This document shows positions 63,741 through 64,000 of a DNA stretch of 64,000 nucleotides, in pieces. A program made the position numbers and the translations under genes. The number at the start of each line of letters is the position of its first letter. Positions within the stretch are counted from its first letter, which is position 1. A model generated the notes under the pieces. That model saw only the letters and a program-made list of their open reading frames with translations, was not told where the DNA came from and searched no databases. This DNA comes from Planctomycetota bacterium (GTDB lineage Bacteria; Planctomycetota; Phycisphaerae; WQYP01), in the NCBI GenBank assembly GCA_021827645.1, contig JAKAVA010000045.1, positions 17,410 through 81,409 of the forward strand, written 5' to 3'.

Positions 63741-64000
63741 AACAGCCCGGATATCTTCACAAGCGATAGCCGAGTAGCGACGCCGGAAATAGTCGCGATC
63801 ACCTGTCCGGCCCTGCCACGCCGCCGCTCACAAACACACTCCACCGATCCATTTGCGACGTCGAGGAAAGGGACGTGACTGCAACACCCAATAACCAAAA
63901 CCCATTTTTCCACTTTCGCAAAGAATCGTGTGAAGTGAAAGTTACAGTGGCACCAGAGTTTGCGACAGAAAAATCACCACTGAAAGTTGCAGAATGAAGT

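Noticed and set aside
63719-63913. 64-aa minus-strand ORF (GTG start) overlapping the ATPase 3' end.
   Set aside because: Cys/Val/Gly-rich with no motif. It overlaps a well-supported gene, and there is too little sequence to support it.
63948-63963. TGGCACCAGAGTTTGC near the right edge, resembling a sigma-54 promoter.
   Set aside because: The GG-to-GC distance is 12 nt instead of the strictly conserved 11, and no downstream gene is visible within the window.
1-64000. Search by eye for CRISPR arrays, tandem spacer-repeat structures, rRNA/tRNA genes, transposases, integrases and phage structural genes.
   Set aside because: None recognised. No ORF shows DDE/tyrosine-recombinase/serine-recombinase motifs, and no regularly spaced repeats were seen. 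A proper scan (tRNAscan-SE, Infernal/Rfam, ISEScan, CRISPR finders) would be needed to exclude them formally.

Overview
This is a GC-rich chromosomal segment, about 55-58% GC from by-eye counts of sampled lines. Its gene content points to a Planctomycetota-type genome: a DUF1559 pseudopilin-like protein, a PEP-CTERM protein, squalene-hopene cyclase, futalosine MqnA and McsAB. I call about 50 protein-coding genes. One of them, gpmI (1..568, minus), is cut by the left edge and is missing from the supplied ORF track. I recognised no rRNA, tRNA, CRISPR array, transposase/integrase or phage genes.

Gene order, left to right:
- gpmI, then unassignable exported/membrane proteins around an EamA transporter.
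- A ~10-kb ABC-transporter-dependent (Wzm/Wzt) glycan-biosynthesis locus with four GT2, one GT11 fucosyltransferase and two methyltransferases.
- An ion transporter, mqnA, a delta-9 desaturase and shc, followed by envelope proteins.
- A methyltransferase / FabZ-like / long-ACP trio, an orphan histidine kinase, an APC permease-USP fusion and a HAD hydrolase.
- A ~14-kb glycan-utilisation-type locus: GH35, sulfotransferase, AraC regulator, PEP-CTERM protein, pseudopilin, GH-like/LamG protein and GH78.
- The RNA-repair module rtcR / rtcBA with a recognisable sigma-54 promoter.
- A long minus-strand housekeeping block: mcsAB, Trm112-like, folP, an unknown two-domain protein, CorC-like, ybeY and a 7TM-HD phosphohydrolase.
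- pstB plus pstSCA, and a solitary ABC/SMC-like AAA ATPase at the right edge.

I do not see a clear-cut new system. The best leads are:
1. The long structured leader or upstream ORF between the sigma-54 promoter and rtcB.
2. The PEP-CTERM/pseudopilin/glycosidase locus, which has no recognisable importer.
3. The kinase-like/NDT-like fusion translationally coupled to folP.
4. The recurring GTTATGG motif and duplicated bipartite element around the pst genes and the edge ATPase.
5. The FabZ-like/long-ACP pair.

All functional calls rest on motif recognition by eye; no database searches were run.
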